DNA of 64,000 nt, taken from assembly GCA_964016885.1 (NCBI GenBank), contig OZ024742.1:216690001-216754000 (forward strand), written 5' to 3'. A model generated the notes under the pieces. It worked only from the letters and a program-made list of their open reading frames with translations. It searched no databases and was not told the DNA's origin. The DNA is from Eledone cirrhosa. Taxonomy: Eukaryota. Numbering within the stretch: the first letter of the stretch is position 1; the number at the start of each line of letters is the position of its first letter. Positions 43,826 through 61,868 of this stretch are shown here, piece by piece. Made by a program: the position numbers and the translations under genes.

Positions 43826-46358
43826 GTACATTTATTTATTTATTTATATGTGTATATATATATATATGTATATATTTATATATATATTCTTAAGTATCGT
43901 GTGCACATATATGTCTATATGTATGCAAGTATATATGTACATATATAGAAAACACAAGTTAGTAACAGAAATTTTCGAAGTAGAAATTTTCTACACGAAA
44001 GTTTGTAATCGTCACGCAATTCTAAGATTATCTACCTTCTGGATATGACAAAAAATAAAAGGACGACAAGAAAAGCAGAAATAACAAAAACAATAATAAA
44101 GGATTATAATGACAATAACAAAAACGAGAATATATTTTTTTTATCTATTGTATCTGCTATATTGCTACATTTATCTGCAACGCTTAACCATTGCATTTAC
44201 AATTTTATGTACATAGATTATTTTATCTCAAGAAATAGATCGTTTTGTTCATGTGCTCTGCTGGTGTTGTTTTGCCTTTGTTTATTTGTGTGTATGTGTG
44301 CGTCTATATGTGTGTTTATGTGCGTCTGTATGTATATATGTATTTCTTTGAGGTTTATTGTTTATTTTCACAATTCCCTGTTAACCAAAAACACTCGCCT
44401 ATCGAGTATGTCTATTTCCTCCTTAACCGATAAGAAATAGCAGCGATATCTTCCAGAAATGAGGCAAAATTGGAATGGTTACAACTGGAATATATTTGAA
44501 GATCGGTCTGCTTGATCAGGGATGATCTGGGGCTGAACAACAATATATTTTTACATTCTTCTCAAACCCATTCTGTTATTAGCAAGGTTGTAAAGTGATG
44601 GTGATGGTAGAAATGTTAGTGCATGTTATTGACGATGCTATCGTAGTGCTAGTGTTGTTTCCTTGTCGTCCCATATCAGCAGCCCTCATCAATCCTATAC
44701 ATCTGGCATATATTTGCCGGTCGAAAATTGAGATGCAATCCACAGTTCCACGGATCTAGATATATCGTGTTCCCCTACAAACAAAAAACTACACTACACA
44801 TTGTGTTGGTAGTAGTGTCACTGATTGTATCGGAGAAGAGGATGAGGCGTGGTTAGGATGTATGAGTAGTACTAGAAATGTTTGCGTTAGTGATGTCGAG
44901 ATTCTGATGATAACAGCTGGGAGTGGTGATGTTTTAATTATTCCTGTATAGCTATGACACATAAATTGTCAGGCTAATTGCTAGAGCCCGAACTTCATAG
45001 ACCCCATATATCCATATAGCTGATAAATATACTACGTATTCTTAATTGGTAATATTTTTTTTTTTGGGGGGGGGGGGGTATTCCAACCAATGGCTTTATT
45101 ACAATTGTATAAATTTACAGTAGAATAACATTGAAAATATGTTTTAAGTAAATGCATAAATAACATTTAAAATGCGTAAATAACATTATAGATAAGAAAA
45201 AATAAAAAAGGGGAAACAAAAGAAGAGAAGAATAGAGAGATATAGAAAAAAAGAGAGAAAGAAAGAAGAAAAATAACGGGAAGGGAAGGGGATAACAAGA
45301 GCTCTGGTCTCGCAGAAGAGAGGGGGTGAAGGGAGGGTGATTGGGTTTTGGGCCTAGGGCAAGAGGACAGAAATACTGCGCCACGCTGACAAGACGACAA
45401 AAGCATTCCCGCGGGCGAGGGCTAGTGACACCCGCTGTATCGGCCATCCAACCTCGTGGGGCTTCTTCCTCAGACGGGCCGCCGACGCTCCAATCTTGCG
45501 GAGGAGTTCGGCAGTACGGAGTCCATACAAAACACCTGGATTATATGATACTGACGCTGTTATTTTTGTCTGAATGTGTATTTCACGTTTGTCTGGATTG
45601 AATGAGACAGATAATGTTTTGTTTTGATTTGTATAAGGTGTTCTAGTAGTGTCGTCGGCGACAGTACTTGCTGTTCAATATTGTTATGTAGTTTAAATAG
45701 TATTGGTGTAGTTGTGCATCTGTATCTAGAATTCATTGGGGGTATGTGAGTTTGATGACATCAGCGAATGTGGCTGCATACACGTTTAGTGGGTGTGTAG
45801 GAAATTCGTATTCGTATACATGAACAATAACGAACTAAACTCCTTAAAGTTGCCAGAAATATCGATCTCATGAATATAACATCACTAGAACACCATCCCG
45901 AAATACTTGCCTTCATCTTCACAGTCGAAATCTATTTGAAGCCTGATCAATTGATGTCTGTCTAGAAAGCTATAGTACAACCCACGCTAAATCACTGCTC
46001 TCATACTTGATATGCTGCTGCTACTAACACTACTACTGCTGCAATTGTTACTGGTGCTACGTAATCAAACAAACCAGGCCCTCAAAAAAAATGTAACATC
46101 AGATTGATGCACAGAGTTACTCGCAAGCACTGTTCAATTACTAGATATCAGATGTGATGTTTCTGACTTCTGGTTCATCTACTGATACTATAAAAACTTA
46201 CGCTTCTCGGACCTAAATAGTTTCCGACTATTTTTGCCAGAGCATAACAAATGCACATCTTTCACATCATATCTGGAGCATCAAACTTTCTAATCCTTCG
46301 CTAGAGATGTTAATTCAACCATTCTTACCAGGAGTTGGATTATACACACACACCCACA

Positions 46359-46411
<53 letters not shown>

Positions 46412-46710
46412 CATGATTCACGTACAGGCATCAACTTAAATACGTACAAACAGAAGATCAGCTGCTGCATATAAGACCTCCTGTAATGGTTGTAGGCGCC
46501 ACTTCGTCTCCTCAAACTAAATAATAGAAAGAAATGTAGAACTCTAATGTTTTTAAACAAGTAAATAAATATATTTTTTAAAAAGCCTTATAACTTCATG
46601 CCGCTTCTTATATTTAATTGTATGATCATGGAAATTCTGTGAATAATACTTCTCCATTTTTAGTTACATAATGACATAACAAGAAAAGAATAGACATATA
46701 TGTATCTGTA

Positions 46711-46785
<75 letters not shown>

Positions 46786-46939
46786 GGAAGAAAGAGGGGG
46801 AGAGAGGGTGAATGAGGAAATGAAGAAGTAAAAATAGACATATTAAACACACATACACTTATATATATTACGGAGAAAGAGATATTTCATATACATATAT
46901 ATGTGTGTGTGTATGAAATATTTTTCTCCGTATATATAT

Positions 46940-46993
<54 letters not shown>

Positions 46994-47056
46994 TATAGTT
47001 ATGTAATAAACAACATAAGATAATTATTTCCTTTACCAGTGGTTTCTTCTATTCAC

Positions 47057-47107
<51 letters not shown>

Positions 47108-47143
47108 GGAGGGGATAGATAGATAAGAAAAGAGCATGAGAGT

Positions 47144-47226
<83 letters not shown>

Positions 47227-47542
47227 GGAGAGAATCTATACATGATTATGTGCAGATAGATAAATATGAGTATTTCTCAATGGAGAAGCGTGAATTATAG
47301 CAGAATTTTCAGATGAACATGCAATTGGATAATGTAATTACGAACAACGGATTATCTGCATGGTATTTATGCTGTCAGCTATACAAGGAAAATTGTGGAT
47401 TTCAACTGGTGAGAGATCTAACATAAAGCTTTGCTACTTTCTCACAGCTCATATCCTGAAAAGTTTGTAGATACATACTCACACACACACACACACACAC
47501 ACACATGAATGCATTACATACATTACCCACCTACATACATAA

Positions 47543-47580
<38 letters not shown>

Positions 47581-47589
47581 CCTAAGAAA

Positions 47590-48290
47590 AATAACAAAGA
47601 TAGGACAAGACAACGAATGAAAAACATTTTTTTAATGAATACAAACGAAGGACAGAGAACTCCAGGGTCATCGGCCATTGAGGCAGCTTTTCGCAGTTTA
47701 GAACCTACCAAACGTACTGCTGGCCCACCCTGGATCACACCATGTGACACAAGGCAAAAGCTTCCCAGTGGAGTAAGAGACGAGAGAGAAAATATTAATT
47801 TATAGCAATTAAGCTACTACAAGTACACATGCAATTTTTATGTGACGTCAGGGAAAAGGTGTGGTACCTCTTATCGCACGAGAGTCATGAATGAAACATG
47901 AATGAAACAAAGAAAAATAAGAAAAAAGAAAGGAATAAAAAAAGCAAGAAGAAAGTTTTTAAAATGTGTAAGTCATTACAATAAATGGGGGAGAAGCGAT
48001 AACATGTTCGTCACATTAGTATTGATAAGCTTAAGAAAAATAAGAATCAGAAGACAAGACAAGCAACGAATGGAAAACAATTCTTTGAGAGAAAACCTTA
48101 AAAATTATGTAAAAAAAAATAAAAATACAGGCGAATGAGTTAGAACTCCAGGACCATCGGCGGTTAAGGTGAACTTTGATAGTTTCGACTCCCTACCAAC
48201 GGTACTGCTGGCGCACCCGGGGTCACAGCGTCGAACACAAGCCAGACGCTGTCCAGTAAAGTACGAGACGAGAGACAAAACATTGAGGAA
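47590..48290. repeat. Two diverged direct repeats (~47590-47790 and ~48045-48282)
   Basis: Shared CAACGAATG.AAAACA, AGAACTCCAGG..CATCGGC, CCTACCAA..GTACTGCTGGC.CACCC.GG, AGTA.GAGACGAGAGA. Confidence 0.7.
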
Positions 48291-48806
48291 GGAACATATA
48301 TCGTTTGGGAAAGACGTAGTATTTTGTACACCTATATATAAGGCAAATCACATGCAGGAAAGTATACATACTTTAAGATGGTAAAAATAGCTTTTTCCAT
48401 ACAGTCCTGTTTCATATATCTGCCCTGGCCGTTGAAACTTTTGACACCATGTAGAGCGGAGATTTTAAACAAACTCTCTGCTCTCGACAGAGATAAATGT
48501 ATTTTGTAGTGTGGGACTTATATTAAGACAATTCCACTGATGAATAGACTGTGTCTTTCGGTGCCTTACCAAAATCAATAATTGGCAATCGATAATCGAT
48601 TACTTAGATCGATGGTTTTGCTTCGTACTTTGGTCTATTAAACAGCGCTGCATGGAAAAAAAATGACTTTTAACCATCTTAAAGTATGTATGGTTTCCTA
48701 CATATTATTTGCTCTATATATATGTGTGAAGAAAATACTGTTTCTCAAATAATATATGCTTCTTTCTCTGTACATATATCTTTTAAATTTAAAACATGAT
48801 CATCAT

Positions 48807-48941
<135 letters not shown>

Positions 48942-49299
48942 TATAAACTCTCATCTCCTCCTTTTTTCATCCTTTCCACCCCCCCCCTCTAAATAAAATA
49001 TTTTTCCCAATATCACACATCAATCTAAAACTACTTCTCATATGTTGATTTAAAACTGCACTATCCACAAGTGTTTTTTAGCCTTCATATCATGTCCTCC
49101 TGTTTTATCTGATGAAAACATAAATATTATTGCATGATGATGTTTGTTTTTGAAATGCGCATAATAAAATACATGGAACTCCTTTAACCATCTTTTGTTC
49201 TTATATATTATGTATACTCCAGTCCTACAAACTGTAGAGTGCTTCTTATCCGATATCTGCATTGCTTTATTGTACTTCAATAAAACTCACCTCCTACAC

Positions 49300-50521
<1,222 letters not shown>

Positions 50522-50641
50522 GGTGAATTAACTGTTGTGGAACTACTTATATATATGTGTGTGTGTATTGATGTGTGTGTTTTTGTATGCGTGTATGTCT
50601 GCATTTCTCTGTGTGTGTGTGTGATTGAGTGTGTGTGTGTG

Positions 50642-50755
<114 letters not shown>

Positions 50756-52138
50756 GACTCTGCCAAAATACATCTCAACGACCGATGACCCTCGAGTTCT
50801 GTGTATTCCGTTTGTATTTTTATTTCCCAAAAATATTTTTTTATGGTTTCTCCTTAAATTTTTATTTTCGTTTTGCCTTGTTTTCGTTCGTTGTCTTGAC
50901 CTTCCTTTGTCAAATTTCCAAGTTTATATATATATATCAATGATATTAATAAATGGAAACTATATTTATAAAACCATATTTATTTTATTATATATATTTA
51001 AAGGGTACCAAAAAAACTTTGGTACGCCCTCACCAGATAAAATACAATATTTGTTTTATAAATAGTGACATACCCGATAAACCAGACCTTATCGCTTCAG
51101 GTTCCATTTGGATATATATATATATATATATAAAGAGCATGTATAAGTATGTGTATGTGCATCAGTGTGTATGTGAATGACTGCATGCCGGATAATTTGC
51201 AGTCTTTGCCCGAGTCAGTCAATTTTGGCTTTTACTCGTTTGCAGTCGATAAATAACGTGACAATCTAGCATTTTGATTTTCTCTCTTTTCTCTTTCTCT
51301 TTCTCTTTCTCTTTCTCTCTCGGTCTCTCTCTCCCTATCTCTCTTCATCTCTCAATCTCTCTCGCTGGATTGTACATGTAACAAAAGGTCTTTCCTGGTC
51401 ATGTAGTATCACACTGATTCTACCTTCTGCATAAGATAAATACTCACCTATTTACACGTTAATCTAAAAAGTAAGATATTTAGATAACCGAACGAGTGAT
51501 GCCTCGCCGTGGAATTCACACGAATATCCATCACCATGTGTGTGGGCCGTTTCGTTTTTTGTTTGCGTTTGCTAACGAAGCTCTTGTGATATTTGATGCT
51601 TCACTCCATCGTTACATTTTTCACACTTAAACCCTCACGATACATTCATCATTTTCAAGTCTCATTAAACACCCTCCCCACATCTATTAATACATCATAT
51701 CCTACATAAAACAGTTTAATGTCCGGTCAGTCTCCTCTTCCAATAAGCTATTAACAACAATGATATAACCTAGTTATTTTGACACTAAAGTCTAGTTGAT
51801 CTTAAAAAGTGCATGTGCACTTCGTCACCTCGGCAGACAAACAAATATAAAATATACGTGTCTGTCCGTATGTCTGTAACTTTTATTAGAACTACGAAAT
51901 CCGAAATATATTGACTCGAAACAATGTTGATTTTTTTTTCCACAACATTTGAACTGCAAAGTATCGATAAAAATTCGATCGTAGTTTGAAAGGAAATCTC
52001 AGCTGCTTCCTGTGATCCGATCTTTGTTGAAAGGAAGGTTTTCAAAAATCTATGATGGAAATCTATGGATAATCTATGATATGTCTACACCATGTTTTTG
52101 TTGAATGATTCGTCGTTTTCATTACCAACATAGTTCTT

Positions 52139-52232
<94 letters not shown>

Positions 52233-52467
52233 GATTTATTTATATATAGATTTCTTTTTTGGAGAGTGGGGATGTAAGTAACCCATTTTTTTATTCTTTT
52301 ACCAGCCAAGTTGACTCTTGTGTCTGGTGGATAAATATTTGGATTAATTTGAACACAGATCTATCCAGCAGCATTGAGTGCAGACGGACTCTTTACATTT
52401 AGCTAAACTGAGGTAGATAGTATCCAGAATCGAAGAAAGCGGTCACGATATGCGTTGGTATTAATGT

Positions 52468-54345
52468 CCTCTGATTGAGGCACAAGGCCAGCAATTTGGA
52501 GGGAGGGGGAAAGTCGAGTAAATCAACCCCGCTGTGTGACTGGTACTTTATTTTATCGACTCCGTAAGGATGAAAGGCAAAGCTAACCTAGGCGGGATAA
52601 GAACTCAAATAGTAAAGGGCCATAACTCTATGCCACAATATATTGTCCGACTTTCTACCGATACTGCCAATCCACCGGTCTATGAGTTGGTATTAATAAT
52701 CTTAAATAAAATACGGTAGTAAAATGAATATATTTACCGCGAGGAATGGAAGATGTCTGAATTTTGGGGTTCGAGGAAGCACTATTATTACTAGCACTAC
52801 TAAGGGAGGTGGATTGGCAGCATCGGTAGAGGGTCGGACGCCATGCTTTACATCATAGAGTTACGACCCTTTATGATCGGAGTTCAAATCCCGCCGATGT
52901 TAACTTTACCTTTCATCCTTACGGGGTCGATCAAATAAAGTACCAGTCACGCACTAGGGTCGATTTAATCGACTTCCCTCTCCACCCAAATTGCCGGCCT
53001 TGTGCCTATATAAGAAGCCATTATTACTAGTATCACTAGGGGCGGTGGATTGGCAGTATCGGTAGAGGGTCGGACGCCATGCTTTGACGCATAGAGTTAT
53101 GGCTCTTTCCATTCTGAGTTCAAATCCCGCTGAGGTTAACTTTACCTTTCATCCTTACGGGGTCGATAAAATAAAGTACCAGTAATGCACTGGGTAATTG
53201 CTGGCCGTGTGCCTAAAGTAGAAACAAGTATTACTAGCTATACTTCCAGATATATTTCAACTTCAACTTCATAGAAAAGCGTTTAAAACCAAAACAGTGG
53301 ATATTTTCCTTTCCTTACGGTAACTACGTTTGTTTTCACATAACAGCTTTTATGACAAGTAGAGGTATGGTGTAATATGGTTTAAACACTTGATATGTAG
53401 AAAATACAATTAGTTTTAGCCATCATTGTTAGATTATTCGGTGGATTGGTAGTATCGGTAGAGGGTCGGACGCCTCGCTTAGTAGCATAGAGTTACGGCC
53501 CTTTACGGTCTGAGTTCAAATCCCCACCGAGGTTAACTTTGCTTTTCATCCTTACAGGGTCGATAAAATATAGTACCAGTAATGCACTGGAGTAATTGCT
53601 GGCCTTGTGTCAAAAGTAGAAACAATTGTTAGATTATTCGTTCATCTGACTGGATTGGTTATTGTTGTTGTTGCTGTTGTTGTTTTTGTTGCTGCTCCAA
53701 TCGAGCATCCTGTCTTTTTTACCCTATTTTTAAAACCGGTAAGGTGTGATTTGAGGGAGATTTCGCTGCTATTTTTAGGAGTTCACACAAAGATTATATT
53801 TCCCGTAGACTCCCTGAGATCTAGATATTGACAAAATAATGGTTTCTTATATAGGCACAAGGCCAGCAATTTTGGGGGAGGCGAAAGTTGATTAAATCGA
53901 CGGGTATTTTATTTTATCGACCTCGTAAGGATGAACCTCAGCGGGATTTGAACTCAGATCATAAAGGACCGTAACTCTATGCGTCAAAGCATGACGTCCG
54001 ACCCTCTACCGATACTGCCACACCATCGCCCTAGATATAGACAAAATAATCAAAACAAAAAATAGCTAACGCATATTAAATTTAGAATAATTAAACTAAT
54101 GGAGCAAAATTGGAGATAATAGGTTTATATGTAATGAGATACAAAGTAGATGTGCGCTTAAGAAATTTTCTTCGAAATCTCGAAGTTTCGTATTCTATCC
54201 TACTGAGTCACATTTACTATAACGTATTGACGATCTAAATATTTGTTTCTACTTCTGGCACAAGGCCAGTAATTATAACAGTACATTACTGGTACTTTAA
54301 TTTATCGACCCCGTAAGGATGAAAGGCAAAGTTAACCTCGGCGGC
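52468..54345. mobile_element. Cluster of six major SINE copies: 52468-52677(-), 52806-53025(+), 53041-53233(+), 53439-53630(+), 53838-54031(-), 54238-54345(-)
   Basis: Consensus matches; long and short forms; several TSDs visible. Confidence 0.92.
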
Positions 54346-54600
54346 ATTTTTCCTTTCGAGGTTCTAAATATTGTGTCAAAGATAGTAGGCAGAACTATAC
54401 AGAAGCATGGTTAAGTCTCGCACGCTGAAGGATTTCCATGTCTCCGGGCTAAAACACATACATACATACATACATACGTACATACATATATACATATATA
54501 CATATATACATACATATATACATATATACATACGTATATATATATATATGTATGTTTACATTCATATATACATTATATATATATATATATATATGCATAC

Positions 54601-54976
54601 ATGATGGCTGCCCCCTCGTTATCGAGTATGACCATTGCACGATATACCATTATTAATAATTATTAATTAATTCTATCGTGTAATGCCTGTGCGTGAAGAT
54701 ATTTTGTAAAGTGAGGAAAGACTGTGCACTGAGCCAATCCCACTCTCTGGGCGACAGTAGCTATAACCCGAAAAGAAGAAAAGATCAACATCATCAGTAA
54801 CTACTGAGCCGCATGTTTTATGTCGGAGTTATCCCAGTTTCCTGAGTTGCCTTCTTCTAGGAGAATGCCCTGACAAAGACTAGGGGTCCTTCACTCCCAG
54901 TGGTTTAACCGCGCGATTGGGTGTCCAGCTCGACCTTTTCTATGTCCCCGCACATATATACACATATGTCTACATG

Positions 54977-55069
<93 letters not shown>

Positions 55070-55215
55070 CGAAGGAAATGTGGTAGTAAGGAACCAGGTG
55101 GACCATAACGCACCAAAGTACTCAATACTTAGGGTAGTAGAGTGGGTAATAGAACGGCTAATTCTGAATTAGCCGTCGAAATGGCTTGAGCTCAGCCGCC
55201 GGGGTCTTACTTGTT

Positions 55216-55277
<62 letters not shown>

Positions 55278-55392
55278 TATATACATGTATATACATATTT
55301 ACACATTTTTGGATGGTCATTGACTCATAAGTTCTTCCGCCCTTTGTTAGGTTTTGTTTTTTGTCCTGCAGGATGTTCATAATCACCCTCCA
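54601..55392 (-). mobile_element. RTE derivative subfamily 2, split by (TA)n and a nested family B PLE terminus (55068-55218)
   Basis: 54601-54950 and 55305-55392 match consecutive parts of 17421-18018; the insert matches 3713-3903. Confidence 0.78.
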
Positions 55393-55467
55393 ATATACAC
55401 ACATGCATACATACATACATACATACCTACATACATACATACATACATACATACATACATACATACA

Positions 55468-55498
<31 letters not shown>

Positions 55499-55567
55499 GC
55501 ATGTGCATTCACTACGAGAATTTCTTGAATATATAAATATATCAACCTATTTCGAAACGCAATATAT

Positions 55568-55665
<98 letters not shown>

Positions 55666-55724
55666 CTCCCTTTTCTCTCCCTATCTGTATACTCACATCA
55701 CACACACACACTCACTCACACATA

Positions 55725-55794
<70 letters not shown>

Positions 55795-55879
55795 TATATA
55801 TATTTATAAATAAATACATGCGTATGCATATATATATATATGTGAGTGTGTATGTATATATATATATATATATATATGT

Positions 55880-55939
55880 CTAACCCATGCTAGCGTGGAA
55901 AGTGGACGTTAAACGAAGATGATGATGATGATGATGATG

Positions 55940-55940
<1 letters not shown>
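55880..55940 (+). mobile_element. 3' tail fragment of another SINE/LINE ending in (GAT)n
   Basis: TAACCCATGCTAGCGTGGAAAGTGGACGTTAAA followed by GAT repeats. Confidence 0.55.
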
Positions 55941-55970
<30 letters not shown>

Positions 55971-56062
55971 TATTTATTTATCTATTTATAAACATGCATA
56001 TTTATATATATGCACACATATAGTTCAGTGCAAATAGTCGGACTATATACATTCCACAGACT

Positions 56063-56160
<98 letters not shown>

Positions 56161-56212
56161 TATATACATATATATATATATATGTGTAATATATATATAT
56201 ACATATATATAC

Positions 56213-56245
<33 letters not shown>

Positions 56246-56699
56246 GAATGTTTACGTATTATCCCCTGTATATAGTCCACCTATTTGCATTGAACTTTTA
56301 TAAATATTCTGTATGAGATTATATGTAGACACTTACCTATGAGTATGTTTCTATATACATATACAAGTGTGTGTCTGCGTGCGAGTGTAATTGTATAAAT
56401 CTATTTGTGTGTACACCCGGGCATGTGTGTGTATGTGTACGTGTATACGAGTGTTGTGCCTATATATATATGTGTATATGTGCATTCATGGATCAATTGC
56501 ATATATTTTAACAATTAAAATGCAATAGGAAACAATAAGAAACCTTCAATCTGTATTCGATATCCATTGAGTAAAATCTTAATAGCCACTGAGATTTCGA
56601 TAATGTGATCGATATTTGAAGGTTAAAGTCATGTTTTAGGAAATAGAAGACATCGAAAGAGGGGAAGAAGGAGAACGCGTAAGATACAAATGAAAAAAA

Positions 56700-57760
<1,061 letters not shown>

Positions 57761-59688
57761 GTGAATGTTAATGCATATAACCATGCGTACACACACTGAC
57801 ATACACACGCATACATATATTCAGATGTATGTCTTACATACGACTATTATGTCTTTGATTAGATAGTTTGTTACACATTGTTCCATTCTGCTGACTGAAT
57901 AAGCCATACAAAATAGAAGGAATAGAAAAAAATGAACGAAGATAATGATGATAATGATTGAAATGCCAGAATATTCGTAGTTTTGTGCTATCTTCATTTT
58001 TCTCTTGAATATATATATCGATTTATTAAAGATGAAAAGAATCTGGCATATTTTGCTATTTTAATTTCTTTTTTTTAAGTATCATATCATTGAGGTGAAC
58101 TACATTTTTCTATTCAATGTATTCCTATAACCCTTTTGATGTATATTTACTTCCGTAACACAAATGTATCATTAATATAGTCTTGAGACTAATGTAGTGA
58201 TAGGCCTAAATTATAATTCAATCCAACTGCTTTCTTAAATAATAGTATGTACTGCCACAATACAGGTTGCCGCAGCTGATTGAAAAGAGATTCTAGAATG
58301 CCCGTCTGCCAAATTTTCACGAATTATATGAGCACCGTAGAGGAAAGTTCCATGATACTTACAACTTCTGATATGCCTGCATAGAGACTCGAACGAATAG
58401 TCAATAATTAAATACCTTATCCAGCGACCTACACACTTCAGATATATAAGCAATGTATTTTAAAAATGGATTTACAAATAGACTAAAGATTTCATCTCGC
58501 GGTTGATGTCTGTTTCAAAAGGATTCGTTTTGCAATGCTGAAAATATCCTAGAAATTTTCTTTGAGATTTTTTCATGTAATGCGGGACATGATATTCTTA
58601 GCTAAAATCAGTTGCTTCATTTAGAGTTACGAAACCTCGTAATGATGATAAATTTAACTAAAGCTTAGAAAGCATATTGTACCTTGATATACTGTTAATA
58701 GAAATCTAGCTATAGTAACAAATAATGGTGAAGGCAGTCTCACTCACACATGGTCTCAGCTGGAAGAAGCCAGCTCTAAAATGTCGGGCAGTTGTCACAT
58801 GCATAAATCGCATTCCATATTTATTACTGCTTGGCCGTCCGGTCTTGTCCCAGTTTCCATCTGACTATAATGGCTTTCTCCCAGTTACCATCTGACTATA
58901 TGCTCTGTTGTTGAATGGAGAAGAGATACATTCTACTATTTCTAAGGTCCGTCTGCTGCTAATATCATCTGCGGAGGTCTCGTTCTGGCGTGGTTGATAG
59001 TTCACAGGTATTCACTGAGGTGACAACATCTGTATGAAAAGTTAATCAAATTACACCTTCCTTGTCTCTTTGACGTAACAGAAGTCATGGCTCAAAGTAA
59101 CCAAAGAATGATACTCTAGGGATTTACCGATTAAGAAGGCTCTCTACAGTAAGAGAATTGTCGTCAATTAAATCTATCATAGGACAGCGAAACCGTTCTA
59201 CACACACGTTTTCAATGTTTGAACATTGCTGACTGTGAAGTTATATTGGACACCTATTGCTTCACGTAGGAAATATCCGGCTGTCAACCCAGTCCATCGT
59301 AAAATTTTCTCTGCTGCCTTCGTTTGACCGAAAATAACAGGTTGTTTTCGTCTGCCTTGTGTCTTTAGTAAAATATATTCATGGTGGAAAAAACAGAAAC
59401 GGCTGAAGACAACAACTTTCTTTCCTTTAAGCAAAAGTTTTATCAAGTTCTTCCAGTTGCAGTAGAAACTAAGGTCAGAGAGTAAGGTACTGCTCGCCAT
59501 TTAATTTCCTCAATTATATTTGAGATCGATGGGAATTACCCACATGAAGGCAACTACATTGAATATGTGCCTTTAGACCGAGAATAAAAGTTGGAAGTGG
59601 CTAATTTCCCTTGTTGGCCATGCTAATTGGGTTCGTTGATTGGCCTTATGTGACTGTCTCTCTTTTACTGTTATTCTAGTGGCTAGTT

Positions 59689-59910
59689 GGTGGATTGGCA
59701 GAATTGGTAGAGCGTCAGACATCATGCTTTGCAGCATAGGAGTTATGGCCCTTTATGTTCTGAGTTCAAATCCCGCCGAAGTTAGCTTTGCCTTTCATCC
59801 TTACGGGGGTCGATAAAATAAAGTACCAGTCACGCACTGAGGTCGATTTAATCGACTTTCCCCTCTCCCAAAATTGCTGGCCTTGTGCCTATATTAGAAA
59901 ACATTATTAT
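59689..59910 (+). mobile_element. Full-length major SINE, long form
   Basis: Contains the extra GGTCGATTTAATCGACTTTCCCCTCTCCCAAA segment. Confidence 0.92.
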
Positions 59911-59962
59911 TATTATCAGTAGTATTAGTAGCAGTAGTAGCAGCAGCAGTAGCAGCAGCAGC

Positions 59963-59998
<36 letters not shown>

Positions 59999-61006
59999 TG
60001 TAGTAGTAGTAGTAGTAGTAGAGCAGCAGCATAACCACAACAAAAATAATGAAAGAAACGACAATAACATAAACAATAATCAGATCCAGCTTATTTCGAT
60101 TTCATTATTGAACTTTATCAATCTCTCCGCCACCTTAGACGATATTGTGTCTGTCAGAATACAGAGATATTTGCTCCATTCTTAAATAATTATATCTGCA
60201 CTGTTTAATCTCTTTCTTTGGGATTATTGTGACGAGGTCGTAAATATGTACAGTGTATGTTTCTATCACTTCTCATCAATTTTCCCGTTAAGATATCAGT
60301 ACATTGACCATTAAACACAATTGTCAACTGTGCAACCAGTTATGATGCGGTTAGTCGTCTCATTAGAGTGGGTGAATCACGCTTTGTTTTCTTTTCCCAA
60401 TTATTTGTGGCTAAGTATTGGTCGCGTGTAATTAAAATCTAGCCTTCGGTTTGTGTTGTTTGCAGAAAGCTTTTCATATATTGTTAAGCTTTCCTCTTCG
60501 CTCAGGTTTTTCATGGTATTCGCCACGGTGTCGTTTTTTCTCGACATTAGTTATTTAATACATTTTGGAATTCCGTCATGACGATACCTTCTGTTTTAAA
60601 AACATTTTTTGTTGTTTTTTGCTTATCTAAAACATTTTCTTTGGTACAATTATCGTTTAGTTTGTACTATTTGTGTGACTTATTGCACTAACCAGTTTCA
60701 TATTTGTTTGCTTCTAATTACTTGTATTCGGATACAATTTCTGTATCACTTTTTTATCAGTTTCATCTTCTACTATCTATTTGTATGGCCAATGCAGATC
60801 TAATCCTGTTATTTCTGTGTATGTATTTAATGTTCCCGGTTTTCCTTAATTTGCCTCTTCTCTTTAACGCATTTTTCTTATCCCATACTCATTTTTACAT
60901 CTCGGCCCTCGGTTGCATTTATTAACAAATCTTGGTACATTTTCAAACTGAGTATTTTTCATTAGAATTATCTTTATTTCATCCGTATAAAGAACATTAT
61001 TTATAA

Positions 61007-61308
61007 GGCGGTTAACTTTGCCTTTCATCCTTACGGGGTCGATACAATAAAGTACCAGTAATGCACTGGGTATTTGCTAGCCTTGTGCCAAAAGAAGAAA
61101 CAATTATTTATAAGGCGGTGGATTGGCAGTATCGGTGGAGGGTCGGGCGCCATGCTTTGCAGCATGGAGTTCCGGTCCTTTATGATCTGAGTTCAAATCA
61201 CGCCGAGGTTAACTTTTCCTTTCATCCTTACGATGTCGAGAAAATAAAGCACCAGTAATGCACTGGGGTAATTGCTGGCCTTGTGCCAAAAGTTGAAACA
61301 ATTATTTA
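61007..61308 (+). mobile_element. Tandem pair of major SINE copies (first truncated)
   Basis: ATTATTTATAAGGCGGT precedes both units. Confidence 0.9.
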
Positions 61309-61868
61309 TAACAGTTTCTTATTACAATCAGCAGATTTGTTAATAGGATCAGAGTTAAGTAGAGTAGTAGTTACTGTGTAGAGTATTGACTGAGTGAGCT
61401 GTGTTATATTATTGTGTAGTATCTACATAGCATATGAGTTGTTTTGAGTAATGATGGATGGGATGTGCTATAGTAACTGGTGTCGTTTAGGGAATTGTTT
61501 GTTTTTGTGTTACTGTAATAAGTAGTGTTGGTGTGAAAAATATTCTGTATAAGTAATCATATATTATTAGGTCGCAATTGTTAAGTAAAGAATTTTGTCA
61601 TTCTGTTTGAAATGTTTTATGGTTTCAGCCTTTGGTTATTTAAGCGTCCGTATTGTGTTATTCTATTAATTGGAGATAATGTAAAGAATATGCTTTGTTG
61701 ATTGTGTTGTATTATTGGGTTGTGATACTATAGAGTATGTTTTGTGTGGGTTGTGTTATTTTATTCGGTGGCGAATTATGTATAATATGCGCTGTGTGAG
61801 TTAGGAAGAAAATGTAATGTGAGTGGTACTACTGAATAGAAAGACTGTTTTTTTTTGTTTTTGTGTAG

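Noticed and set aside
51448-51464. Minus-strand 16-nt micro-exon with strong splice sites
   Set aside because: Stops in every frame; shows that such patterns also arise by chance.
58747-59029. Minus-strand exon-like segment with good acceptor and GTGAGT donor
   Set aside because: Stops in all three frames; could be non-coding but is unsupported.
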